A DNA stretch of 64,000 nucleotides from assembly GCA_040954595.2 (NCBI GenBank), contig CM082579.2, positions 15,476,550-15,540,549 of the forward strand, in the 5' to 3' direction. Shown one piece after another: positions 54,370-64,000 of the stretch (position 1 is the stretch's first letter; the number at the start of each line of letters is the position of its first letter). A program made the position numbers and the translations under genes. The DNA comes from Balanoglossus misakiensis. Taxonomy: Eukaryota; Animalia; Hemichordata. The notes under the pieces were generated by a model that had not been told where the DNA came from, ran no database searches, and saw nothing but the letters and a program-made list of their open reading frames with translations.

Positions 54370-55605
54370 CCAACGATCGTACTCGGGCGACGTAGTTTTA
54401 AGTTTAATAGCAGGCAGACTAAAACAGTGAGCGCACATCTTTGCTATGTGTATATTTTGAAAGACTAATATGTAATGTACCTGAAATTGCATGGGAGCCC
54501 CAAAGCGCAACTTTTATTTTATCGATTTCACTGTATTTAGAAACTGTACTATCTCATAGGCACCTAACACATCCCTATCGTATCCGTATGTGAAGGCCGT
54601 GGTGAGTGCAACTTACTACATTGTACATGTATTTACAAAGTAGGCCTACATACATGTATTTCTTGTACTCCTTGTGCGTTAAATAAAAAAAGTCTTTTGG
54701 TTTTCGTTTATTTGGGGTTAGGTATGGGATTTTTTAAATACTGTACATATTTGAGAAGAAAACTGCGCTGTAATAGAACGAATCGAAAAGCTGCAACGGT
54801 ATGTTGGCCTACGGTAAAGCTTTTCACGCTCGGCGGCCATCATGCAGCAACGCCCCGTCGACGTATGCGCATAGCCCCGCGGCCAGTACATCGATCATTG
54901 CGAAATTTACGATTGCTACCAAATAGACGATTAAAACGTCAAGCGCCCCAAAATTATCACAGAGAACGAACTTGTTACCAATTTGTGCACAACTAAATGC
55001 CCGGTATCCCAAAAATCGAAAATTTCCTACAGAAAAGGTTCAAGGAAAGTGATCGGCCACACACATCAAAAGTGTGTACTCGAGGCTAGCCAGAAGTCAA
55101 ATGAAAGGTTACTTATGTTGGAACTCCCATGGTGCTTTGCGCGTTACCCTCCCCATCTTGATCACTCCATGGCCCCCATATTGCATGGCACAAACACCTG
55201 TCGCAAAGTTCCCATTTTTAAGAATGCGCCTGGTGCAGAAGCTGATGCAGAGTACCATGTTTGACCCTTTTTCATACCTCAATGGACTTGCAACCCCACC
55301 CCATTCAAAGTCATCTCCATTCATTGGGTTGGTTTATCCAGTTGTTTAATTTATTTTTTCCAGACATCAGCTGAATTTGCAACTAACCTTTATGTACGAA
55401 CACACAAACACAAGAAAACCATAACAAAGTAAATGTCAGTATAACATTAGATAACCATTTATTTCAAACGGAAAAGACAAGAATTTACATGGCAAATTGC
55501 TTTTACTTTCTTTACAATTAATTTACACATTTGAGTAAAATCACCTCTATACATGTTTAATTTGACTGCAGAAAAACACTGCAAAGGTTACTCATTTCAT
55601 TGTTT

Positions 55606-58578
55606 CTACATGTAGAGCTTTACTGGATGTGGAATGACACACATCACTTTCTCCCTGTTTATTGTATCAAAACCTGCTATGAATTTACTATGAATCTTAT
55701 GGACTGGAATAAAAGATGCAGGGCCAGACATTTCATAGGCACTCCTGCACCAAACCTCCACTGGTTCACCATAGTAATCTCTTTTGTGGTGTTGCTGAAA
55801 CCATCGTACCTTTGCTGAAATAAACACTTCTGATTTACCATCGACAGTTATACACTGTGAAAAGTAGTACTCAACAATGCCTGGTCTAAGTGGGCCATTG
55901 TTAAAATCAATTCTGCCACCCACTGCACACCACCGTGCTAAAACAAGTGAATATCTCCTGTAACGTGTGTCTTCAGAACCTAATACATCATTGGCTACTT
56001 TAACTGCTACAAATCGCTTTATATAACCACTCACAGTTTCCAGGACAGTTTCTCCAAGCACTACCCTATACATCTCTCTAAGATTGTTGACCCATGATTG
56101 TTCCAGGAAGTCCATACAAATAGGTCCAACCATGTTGAATAAATGCATTGTTTTCAGTGCATTTGACACATTAAAATCAGTGTGTCCCATTGACATCTTA
56201 CCTAGTAACATCACTGTATCTTCATTGTCAATATCTCTTTGAGTATGAAATTGACTTTCCTGACAAGATTGTGGAAAATACGAGTTGAAATCCTGGTAAT
56301 CTGCTGGTTTCAGCATATTATGTAAACACTGTTCATTCAGAAATTTCCGCATAATTTGTATCTCAATAGATCTATGATTAGCACAATAATCGGAAAGTAT
56401 TCCATTATAACGTTCATATGGAAAGGTCCAGAAAGAATAAACTGGTCCATAATCTAAAATGCAATCAACTAAATGGGTGTGGTAGTGCATATTTGGTGTC
56501 ACTTTTTCTGAGCCATATATCTTTTCAAATTGGCGACAGAACTGCATTAAGTAAGAATGGCCTTTCGCAACATTGCTTAAAGTTATCACAGGAGCACACA
56601 GAAGTCGACAAGCCATGACAAAAAAGCGCCACATCTCCATCTCTTTTGTAGATATAATGCCTTTCAGAGAAAATACTGAAAAAAGAGTGATCCAGTGTTT
56701 CCATTGATCAGCAGTAAACCCACCAAAATTTGACGCAATTTTTAAAGGCATTCTTCCCATATCTGAAGGAACTTTGGTGCTGTCAATCTTTTGTTGGATG
56801 ATTTCAAGTTGAGACTTTGTTATCTTCGGTTTGTCCTTGTTTAGCCATACATTTTTCATTATGTACTTGCCAGTTCCCAGAAACAAATTGTGAAGGGGGT
56901 CAATCACATGAAATTTTACACAGTCAAAGTAGCTTAGTTTCATTAATGATGTATACCGTACACCATACCTTGACACAAGTGAATCCCTATCTTTTTTCGA
57001 CATTTGTTGTTCAGTCTCTTCTGCTTGTTTACGATGACGTGCATTGTGTCTGTTATTTGCTGGTTTAAAACCACCACAGTTAATTTTATCCCCAAAGCTT
57101 CCAGTGATAAACTCCTTCTCACATTTAGAGCACCCCTTTTTGGCCATATGCCCAACAAAACCACACAATTTTCTTGTTGCGGGAACATCTGATACAACAT
57201 TAATCAAGGCAGCATGAACTTTGCATACCATCTGTTTTCCAGACTCTATTATAGAACATGATAATCCTTCATGCCACAGCAATTTTAGTTCTTCAATCAA
57301 AGGTTCAAGGAATGAGTTAATATTCAATGTAGGTTCCCGTGGACCAGGTAATAACCCAACAAGAATCACATTTTCTTTCTTGTACCTTTCTGCTCGTGGC
57401 AGATTAAGAATAATCAAATACAATGCTCCAACACTGTATGGGAGATGTTTGAATGGACAAAACCAATCTAAATTCAATTGCAGTGCATAATTTTTGGGAG
57501 CACTTAAGAATGGTCGGCCCTCTACACTTTGAAACTCCTTCCAAATTCTCCCATCATAAACATCAGCCAAAACACCAGGGGATGGTTTGCGATTTCGCCA
57601 CAATTCACATTTTTCAACAAAACCATTCCGTTTGACAAGGTCTGACAATGATTGCAGGACAGATTTGAAACAGTAAACTTTAAATGGGTACAAACGTTTC
57701 TTATTTCCTTGGATTTCTACCTCTTTCAGTAGAGGTGCTCCACATGGCTGCCTAAACTTTTTCTGTTTATGCGCAGGAAATTCTTGAAATTTGCACTTAA
57801 CAGGTATGTTTTGACTTCCAACTTTTTTATAACAATCATCAAACTTGTAAACCGAACTGCATTTTTGACAAACAACAAATTTTATGAATTTGTCTTCATT
57901 TAACCCCATTCTTTTTTTCAGTTTGTATAGACTCACTGGCAAAAGAACAGAAAAGGCAGCCATGCAAGGGAATATTTGCCCAAGAAAACAGAACATCATT
58001 CTGAAAAAACCAAGTATCAATAACATGCATGTCTCTGTCAAATTGTGGAAATACCATAGATAAGATAAAAACAGACAGAACCAATTGGCAAGTGTCAAAA
58101 GCCGTGGGTCATGTGACTCATCTTCTAAAACATCAGTAAAGAGATTTGATGAGTTCAATTGTTCTACAAAATCTTCATTCAGTTCATTGTCCTGAACAGT
58201 GTCCCAAATCTCAAAACTACTTTGATTGCTCAAGGAATCCCTCTCCTCTTCCTCACTAGGCTCACAGAAATATGCTTGATCTTCATCTTCTAAGGTTTCC
58301 AAGAAAGCATTGATGTTCTCTTCTTGAGTTGGCCTTTCTGGGTTCTCTTCCATCCCAGGGTCCACGCTATGACAGTCAAAGATGTTGTGGTCACCATTGT
58401 TGGTGATATCACATAAAATATCACCAACATCAAGTGAATCATCTTCTTCTTGTTTAATATCACCAACCGTTGTCCAACTGTTGGAAATTTCATTGAAGAA
58501 CTGCCTACGGTGCCGCTTGTAGACTTTTGACACCAACTCCTCATCACAGTGCGGACAGTGTTTCCTTTTAGCATCCAT
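55606..58578 (-). CDS. EnSpm/Mirage (CMC) transposase, tnp2/Transposase_21-like, ~990 aa, intact
   Basis: Motifs DVYDGRIWK, LNLDWFCPF, SVGALYLIILNLP..ERYKKEN, SDVPATRKLCGF..GCSKC, IDPLHNLFLG, FTADQWK, TPNMHYHTHL, YGPVYSFWTFPYERYNG. The ATG at 58578 follows a splice acceptor (ttctcttgtatag). Confidence 0.93.
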   Translation of the reverse strand: MDAKRKHCPHCDEELVSKVYKRHRRQFFNEISNSWTTVGDIKQEEDDSLDVGDILCDITNNGDHNIFDCHSVDPGMEENPERPTQEENINAFLETLEDEDQAYFCEPSEEEERDSLSNQSSFEIWDTVQDNELNEDFVEQLNSSNLFTDVLEDESHDPRLLTLANWFCLFLSYLWYFHNLTETCMLLILGFFRMMFCFLGQIFPCMAAFSVLLPVSLYKLKKRMGLNEDKFIKFVVCQKCSSVYKFDDCYKKVGSQNIPVKCKFQEFPAHKQKKFRQPCGAPLLKEVEIQGNKKRLYPFKVYCFKSVLQSLSDLVKRNGFVEKCELWRNRKPSPGVLADVYDGRIWKEFQSVEGRPFLSAPKNYALQLNLDWFCPFKHLPYSVGALYLIILNLPRAERYKKENVILVGLLPGPREPTLNINSFLEPLIEELKLLWHEGLSCSIIESGKQMVCKVHAALINVVSDVPATRKLCGFVGHMAKKGCSKCEKEFITGSFGDKINCGGFKPANNRHNARHRKQAEETEQQMSKKDRDSLVSRYGVRYTSLMKLSYFDCVKFHVIDPLHNLFLGTGKYIMKNVWLNKDKPKITKSQLEIIQQKIDSTKVPSDMGRMPLKIASNFGGFTADQWKHWITLFSVFSLKGIISTKEMEMWRFFVMACRLLCAPVITLSNVAKGHSYLMQFCRQFEKIYGSEKVTPNMHYHTHLVDCILDYGPVYSFWTFPYERYNGILSDYCANHRSIEIQIMRKFLNEQCLHNMLKPADYQDFNSYFPQSCQESQFHTQRDIDNEDTVMLLGKMSMGHTDFNVSNALKTMHLFNMVGPICMDFLEQSWVNNLREMYRVVLGETVLETVSGYIKRFVAVKVANDVLGSEDTRYRRYSLVLARWCAVGGRIDFNNGPLRPGIVEYYFSQCITVDGKSEVFISAKVRWFQQHHKRDYYGEPVEVWCRSAYEMSGPASFIPVHKIHSKFIAGFDTINREKVMCVIPHPVKLYM

Positions 58579-61500
58579 TTGATCACTATACAAGAGAAAA
58601 ATATTAAAGTGAGTTTAACACACTGATACTAAGTATAACTTTCACCATATTTTGGACACACTTTCTCGCAAATAAATATACGTATGCCAGATTTCATTAT
58701 AAGCTGACAATTCATATAAATCCTTCGTAGCAGGGAAAAGAGTCTGCAAGATTTCAATGAAAATCAAACAGTAACAGTGCCTTGTGTGAGCAAAGCAGAG
58801 ACTACACTAAATAAGGGCTTCCTGCCATGCTTGATGTCAACTTATAAGTTAAGAGTGAAATGTGCACTATGCCAAAATTAATCACAGTTTTCCTGTAACA
58901 ATAAATATGGATATCAAAACCACAAACAACACAGATCCATTATATTCAATGATAAAATACGAATTGTGTCTAAATATGACTTTTAACATACATTTGTGAT
59001 GAAAAATGGCATGGTTTAGGTTCTGTGGGTGCTGACAGAGAGACCGTTAACATTTAATTAAAGAGGACTATCTCAATCCTGTGCTCTGAAATACCCTACA
59101 AAAGAGTCCCACACGCAAATACTGTCGCCTCCATACAGCTATTTGATAAACACCCTACCCTAAATGGTGAATGCACATATTTGAATCCTTACAAATATAT
59201 CATAATGCAACCCACTAAACAGACAGGAAAGGGATTCACTTCACTTTGATATGACCGTCCCTGGTCTTTACATAACATGGCAAGATTTGGCTTGAAAATA
59301 ATCATGCTACAAGATTCATGAACAACGTTGCAGGATGCCTAATTATTTGTGGCTGCTCAAGCCCAACACATAACATATCTGAATTTCTAGACCATTTCAA
59401 AGCAACCATCAGGAAACAAGAGACCACAAAATGCAATCCTGGTTACATTAGATGCTGTACCAATGTATACCACCAACACAATGCACAGCGAAGCCATACA
59501 AAAGCATGCAACAAAGCATGATTACATAATAACAAAGCCTCCAACAGAATACATGCTTGCACTTCACTGAAAGGCAAACAAAAGACCCACAATAGCAACA
59601 ACATATATGTCTTTGTACAAACAATATATAGCCAATACATCAAGATGACATACCAAACAAGCACGTCACTCTTAAAACATTGGAGGGAACTGAGAAAGAT
59701 GAAACACCTTAACTCATCCTCTTGGCAATCTATCATGTATAACTCATCAACAAAAATACTAGAGATACTCTAGTTAAAGCAAGACTTAACAAACAAATAA
59801 GCAACAGCGAGGAAAAAGCTTCCTAAATGCAAATGCTAACAGATAAAAACATAAATATTCTAACATCACTGAACAAAACCAAATTATAACATGAAAATCG
59901 TCTTTCATGTTTTCACATGCGACTGATGAAGGAATGACTCAGGAATCCAAAACAATAGCGTCAAAGGGTGACTGTGTCTATGACATAACCGACCCAGATT
60001 CGTATCGCCATGGTAATTTTCTTACACCAAAAGCCAACACACCAATGACACAACAGAACCAAAAAATACATGAGTTGACAATACTACAGAGCATCGAAAC
60101 ACACAACATACAAATTGAATGGTCAATGTGTGCAGCCACTTTCCCTTTATTTCCCTAATTCCTCAGTTTTCCTTGCTCATAATGTGTTTTTTGTCATTTG
60201 ACACCTTTCAGGTGTTAGCACAGATCACAGGAAGCCATCCATACTTTCCTACTGTGCAATAAGTACAAATGAAGGGAAAGTGGCTGCACACATCGACCAT
60301 TCATTTTGTTTGTCCTGCGTTTTGATGATCTGGCAAGAGGGGTAAACAACGACAATCTATCATGTACAAACATTCATTTCATTTTTACAAAACCATAAGT
60401 AGTTCTGAACGTGTTTACTTGGCTTGGCTAAAAAAATAAGGCCACACATAACATCAAACAAATCAAACTATCTTGCCAAGTTGTTTCAGGAATCCTGAAG
60501 CGTTAGATCTGTGGATACTTTACAAGAACGCAGCTCACTAAAAAGTTAACACTATTTAATGAGTGTTCAGAGGTGGCCACTTTGGATTGTTACAGGCTGA
60601 TCTGAACAAAGTCATCTACACAGTGGGCCACAGCTTAACTTGTTCATCAATATCCATTGTTTCAGTTCACCATTTGACACCTTTAAGGTGTTGACAAACA
60701 GGACAGGAAGCTGTCCATAAGAGATGACAAACACAAATGAAGTGATTCCTGATTGCAAAGCACTGTCTGTATACTGGTAACTCAAAGACACTCAAAAAGG
60801 ACAATCTATCATGTGCAAAATTAATTTTCCCAAACCAGCAGTGGTTTCTAAATGAACATGTATATACTTACAAATTAGACAACGGTCACACTTGAAGGCA
60901 AATTTTAGTGGATCACCTCACTGGAAATGCTGGTTGATCACGTGGATACTGATAGTACTGAGAAAAGAAAAAAAAAATCATGAAATAGCCATGTAATAAC
61001 TCATATACTCACATTTATATGAATTAAACACTACATTAAACACCTCATTGCAATCTATACATTACAATTTACAGATAAACGAATATCAGGCAGCCGTTTG
61101 AGGTTTCCCCATATTAATGGATCTGCAGAAATAATTTCTAGACCACACACCACAATGCATTATCTTTCAGGAATCCCAAAGTATTAGATGTATGAATGAT
61201 TTTTCACTGTTGAAAAGTACCTAGTTTTCCAAATGTTATCACTTAATTTTGACCATGTACCTCCATGTTTTGACAGACACATTTGAGACACTTCTGAAAT
61301 GTTCATAGTCAGATACTGGCATAAACAATAAAATCTAAATAATGGTCCACAGTGGTCCTGCCACAGCTTAGATTTGCAGACTTCTAGTTGTTCCCACCAA
61401 TTGACACCTTTTAGGTGTTGACAAACATGATAGGAAGATATCCACCTGAGATAACACCTGTCAACAGTGATTCCTGATTGCAAAGCAATGATAGGGCTTC

Positions 61501-61675
61501 GAACAAGATCGACGAAGAAAAACAAGCGTCAAGTTTCACTGATAGCTTTATTACTAGTAAAAAGTTGATTGATCTGCACATCGAGGATCATTGAAACCCT
61601 GCATACTCTGTAGTTGGACTGATCTTGTTTTTTATTCAACAAACTTGAACAAGATCGTCATTCCAGCACCATCTG

Positions 61676-61875
61676 TAGCTGCAATGATTGTAGCGAGGCG
61701 ACCGTAGCGAGCAGTAGATTTGCGTACATGTCTGTGTGTTCCCGGGGTTACACGGCCTCCACCCGTGTAACGCCGGGAACACACAGACATGTACGCAGAG
61801 CTAAGCGAGTGGGTGCTGCAACTTGACTATTGTTCGCCATTAGCAGCTAGCAGCCCGCTACAACCATTGCAGCTA
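61676..61875. mobile_element. Short TAG...CTA inverted-repeat element hosting a nested MITE
   Basis: tagctgcaatgattgtagcg ... cgctacaaccattgcagcta. Confidence 0.55.
61715..61803. mobile_element. Palindromic MITE (same family as 37459 and 51282), degenerate 9-bp TSD
   Basis: tgcgtacatgtctgtgtgttcccggggttacacgg pairs with ccgtgtaacgccgggaacacacagacatgtacgca. Flanks agcgagcag / agcgagtgg. Confidence 0.8.
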
Positions 61876-62379
61876 TCAGTTAACTAGGCAACTAACAAGA
61901 TACAGCTCACGAATTCTCTATAGCTTACCTTAATCATTGACGAAAAGAGAGCCGGTTTAGTAATCGAGCCTGAACACGTTGAAGTTGACTTGGCAGATCA
62001 GCTGGCAGAGCGCGCGAGAGATGTTGATGTCATCAGCGGACACCGGAAGTGCACTTCAATACATCCTCAATCACTGCCGCAAATACTCAAATAAAATAAA
62101 ATACAAAATATACTGCAGTAGAGTACCTCAGATTTGATATAAATGAGACATAGCAAACATTTTTGAGTAATTACTTTTGTTAGCAAAAAAAAGGAAAGAT
62201 AAAGGCACATTGTGATGATTTTTGACAGTTTGCTCGGAAATAAATTTTTCGTACGAGGATACCCACAAGTCATTGCGTGATTTGTTCTATATAAGGGTGC
62301 CGACCTTGCGGGAAATATAAACAATCTGTTTTGCAAACATAGCGTACAAGTACTATCCTATCCAGTCTCCGCAAACATC

Positions 62380-64000
62380 ATGCCGTCACCACGAGTCATC
62401 AACGAGTTGACGTCGTCTTCACCAAGTGGTAGCTGCGATCGTGTTGAAGACGAAATGATGACCATCAGTAGAAGCGAATTTCAACGTCTTTTGAAAAACC
62501 AGGAAGAAATGTTAAAGAAGCAGCGCCTACTAGAAGAAAAACTTAGTACCGAAACAAACGCTAGAAGGAAGATCAGGCCATCCGTGAGAGTGAAGGTAAG
62601 AATATATGTTTTATACGGGACATTGTTTTGGGCAACGGGTCATTCTGGTCAACCAGTTGTTTTTTCCTTTTCGGCCCAGGTCGTTTCATCCGATTGTTAC
62701 AACCAGGACACTGTTTAATTTCTACACTAACCAGCGTAGCCCTGCGCACAGGTCTGTGTTTGCGGCGTTTACTCAACCGTGTAACGCCGGAAACACAACC
62801 TGCACATGTACGCTGGGCTATTTGTGACGCTAGCTTAGCAGATCGGGCTAGCCACGGTTACTAGAGTTTCCCAACCGTCTCTTTCTAGTAACCGTGGGCT
62901 AGCTTACCTATTTGTGACGCTAGCTTAGATCGGGCCATATGATCGGGCTAGGAAAATTGGAAACATATCGTCCGCTCGCACAGGTCGTATTACGAGTATT
63001 CCCAAGTCTGGGCCGAAACAACCGGGTCGTGAGAATTGGAGGCCAAAATCGACGAAAATGTTAGTGGCCACCGTTTATTTTTGCCACGGTTGCAGTAGGG
63101 TACGCCAGCCGCAAAAAATAGATCACCGAATAAAGTCATGACCCTTGACATTTGCTGTGGCGCGAGTGAACACATTGCCTGGGTCCTGGGAATGTTTATC
63201 ATGTGTGAAGAATAAACTGCTCAGTTCAATACATACCCTATCCTGTTGATTGATCCCAGGTGTTTCTTTTCACCTTTGACATTTGCTCATGGTGGCTAAC
63301 ACACTACCTGGGAATGTTTACTGTGATGATAATCATGTGTGAAGAATAAACTACCATTTAAGATATTGTACTTGTTGAGCTCAAGTCTGATATCTGTTGT
63401 CTTTTATTGCAGAAAGCAGTTCATGATGTTTACAATGGGCTTGTAGAAAATGACAAGAATTGGGACACAACAAAGCCGTAAGTATTTCAATCACAAAGCA
63501 CACATAGGCGTGCAATTTTGCCAACATATCCATGTATCATTGATTGTGAATATAACCTTTATTTTAAATGAGTTCATCTTGCCGTTGGAATGCCAACCAT
63601 ATAAAGCCAGAGTGTAGCAGTAAATATTTGAATGCAGCTTCATATGTTTTGTTTTATTTTGGTATTGGTACTGTTTGGTGTGGAGGGGTCTGACTGTTGC
63701 TAACATCATTTCTTTCAGATTTGGTCATCAAGTTAATAGAGAAGTTAATGAAGAAATCAAGAAAGCTGTTAAAAATCAACTGAATGAGGAGGAAGCAGTT
63801 ATTCAGGGTGAGTTTATTTTTATGGTACTTGCTAGTATTCTGGTTATATAATGCCTCCTGCTGTGTCTTAAAGAGGAAATCAAATGTAGATGGGGTGTTA
63901 AGAAACATAATTTTCAGAATATATTTCACTTGTATTAATCCAGTTGCCTCAACTTCTTTTTTTTAGTTGCAATGAGGACATACTTCTTTACCAAAAGAAA
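62380..64000 (+). CDS. Spliced accessory gene of the EnSpm/Mirage element (partial, continues beyond the window)
   Basis: Exons 62380-62595, 63413-63477, 63719-63807 and 63967-end join in frame: ...RKIRPSVRVK-KAVHDVYNGLVENDKNWDTTKP-FGHQVNREVNEEIKKAV...IQ-VAMRTYFFTKR. Divergent from the transposase. Confidence 0.75.
62737..62820. mobile_element. Diverged copy of the palindromic MITE, followed by a second small hairpin (to ~62902)
   Basis: tagccctgcgcacaggtctgtgtttgcggcgttt...gtgtaacgccggaaacaca..tgtacgctgggcta. Confidence 0.65.

Noticed and set aside
54988-55030. CAC-starting sequence as the terminus of the EnSpm/Mirage element
   Set aside because: The other end lies outside the window, so no TIR or TSD can be verified.

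Overview
Eukaryotic (metazoan, probably marine invertebrate) repeat-dense DNA. It has spliceosomal GT-AG introns and no recognisable host housekeeping gene. The window is a nest of mobile elements and tandem arrays. It holds three two-gene DNA-transposon units. (1) A 5.57-kb element (11017-16582) has CACT...AGTG inverted ends and a 3-bp CTG target duplication. It encodes a spliced, once-frameshifted transposase with RAG1/Transib-like core motifs and an intact, convergent 206-aa gene of unknown function. (2) A 10-exon minus-strand gene (27767-36807, ~761 aa) appears to fuse a ParB-like domain to a degenerate beta-class N6/N4 DNA-methyltransferase fold. It lies head-to-head with a multi-exon Sola-like/DUF7869 DDD transposase (41501-48266). 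(3) An intact EnSpm/Mirage-type transposase (55606-58578) has a divergent spliced accessory gene that runs off the window. Also present are a truncated Gypsy element (LTR, tRNA-Pro PBS, gag), Helentron/HINE-like elements, Academ-like and Kolobok-like non-autonomous elements, palindromic MITEs with 9-bp TSDs, and tandem arrays with 32, 69, 81, 86, 160 and 576 bp units. Exon models and family calls were made by eye from motifs; no database search was run.
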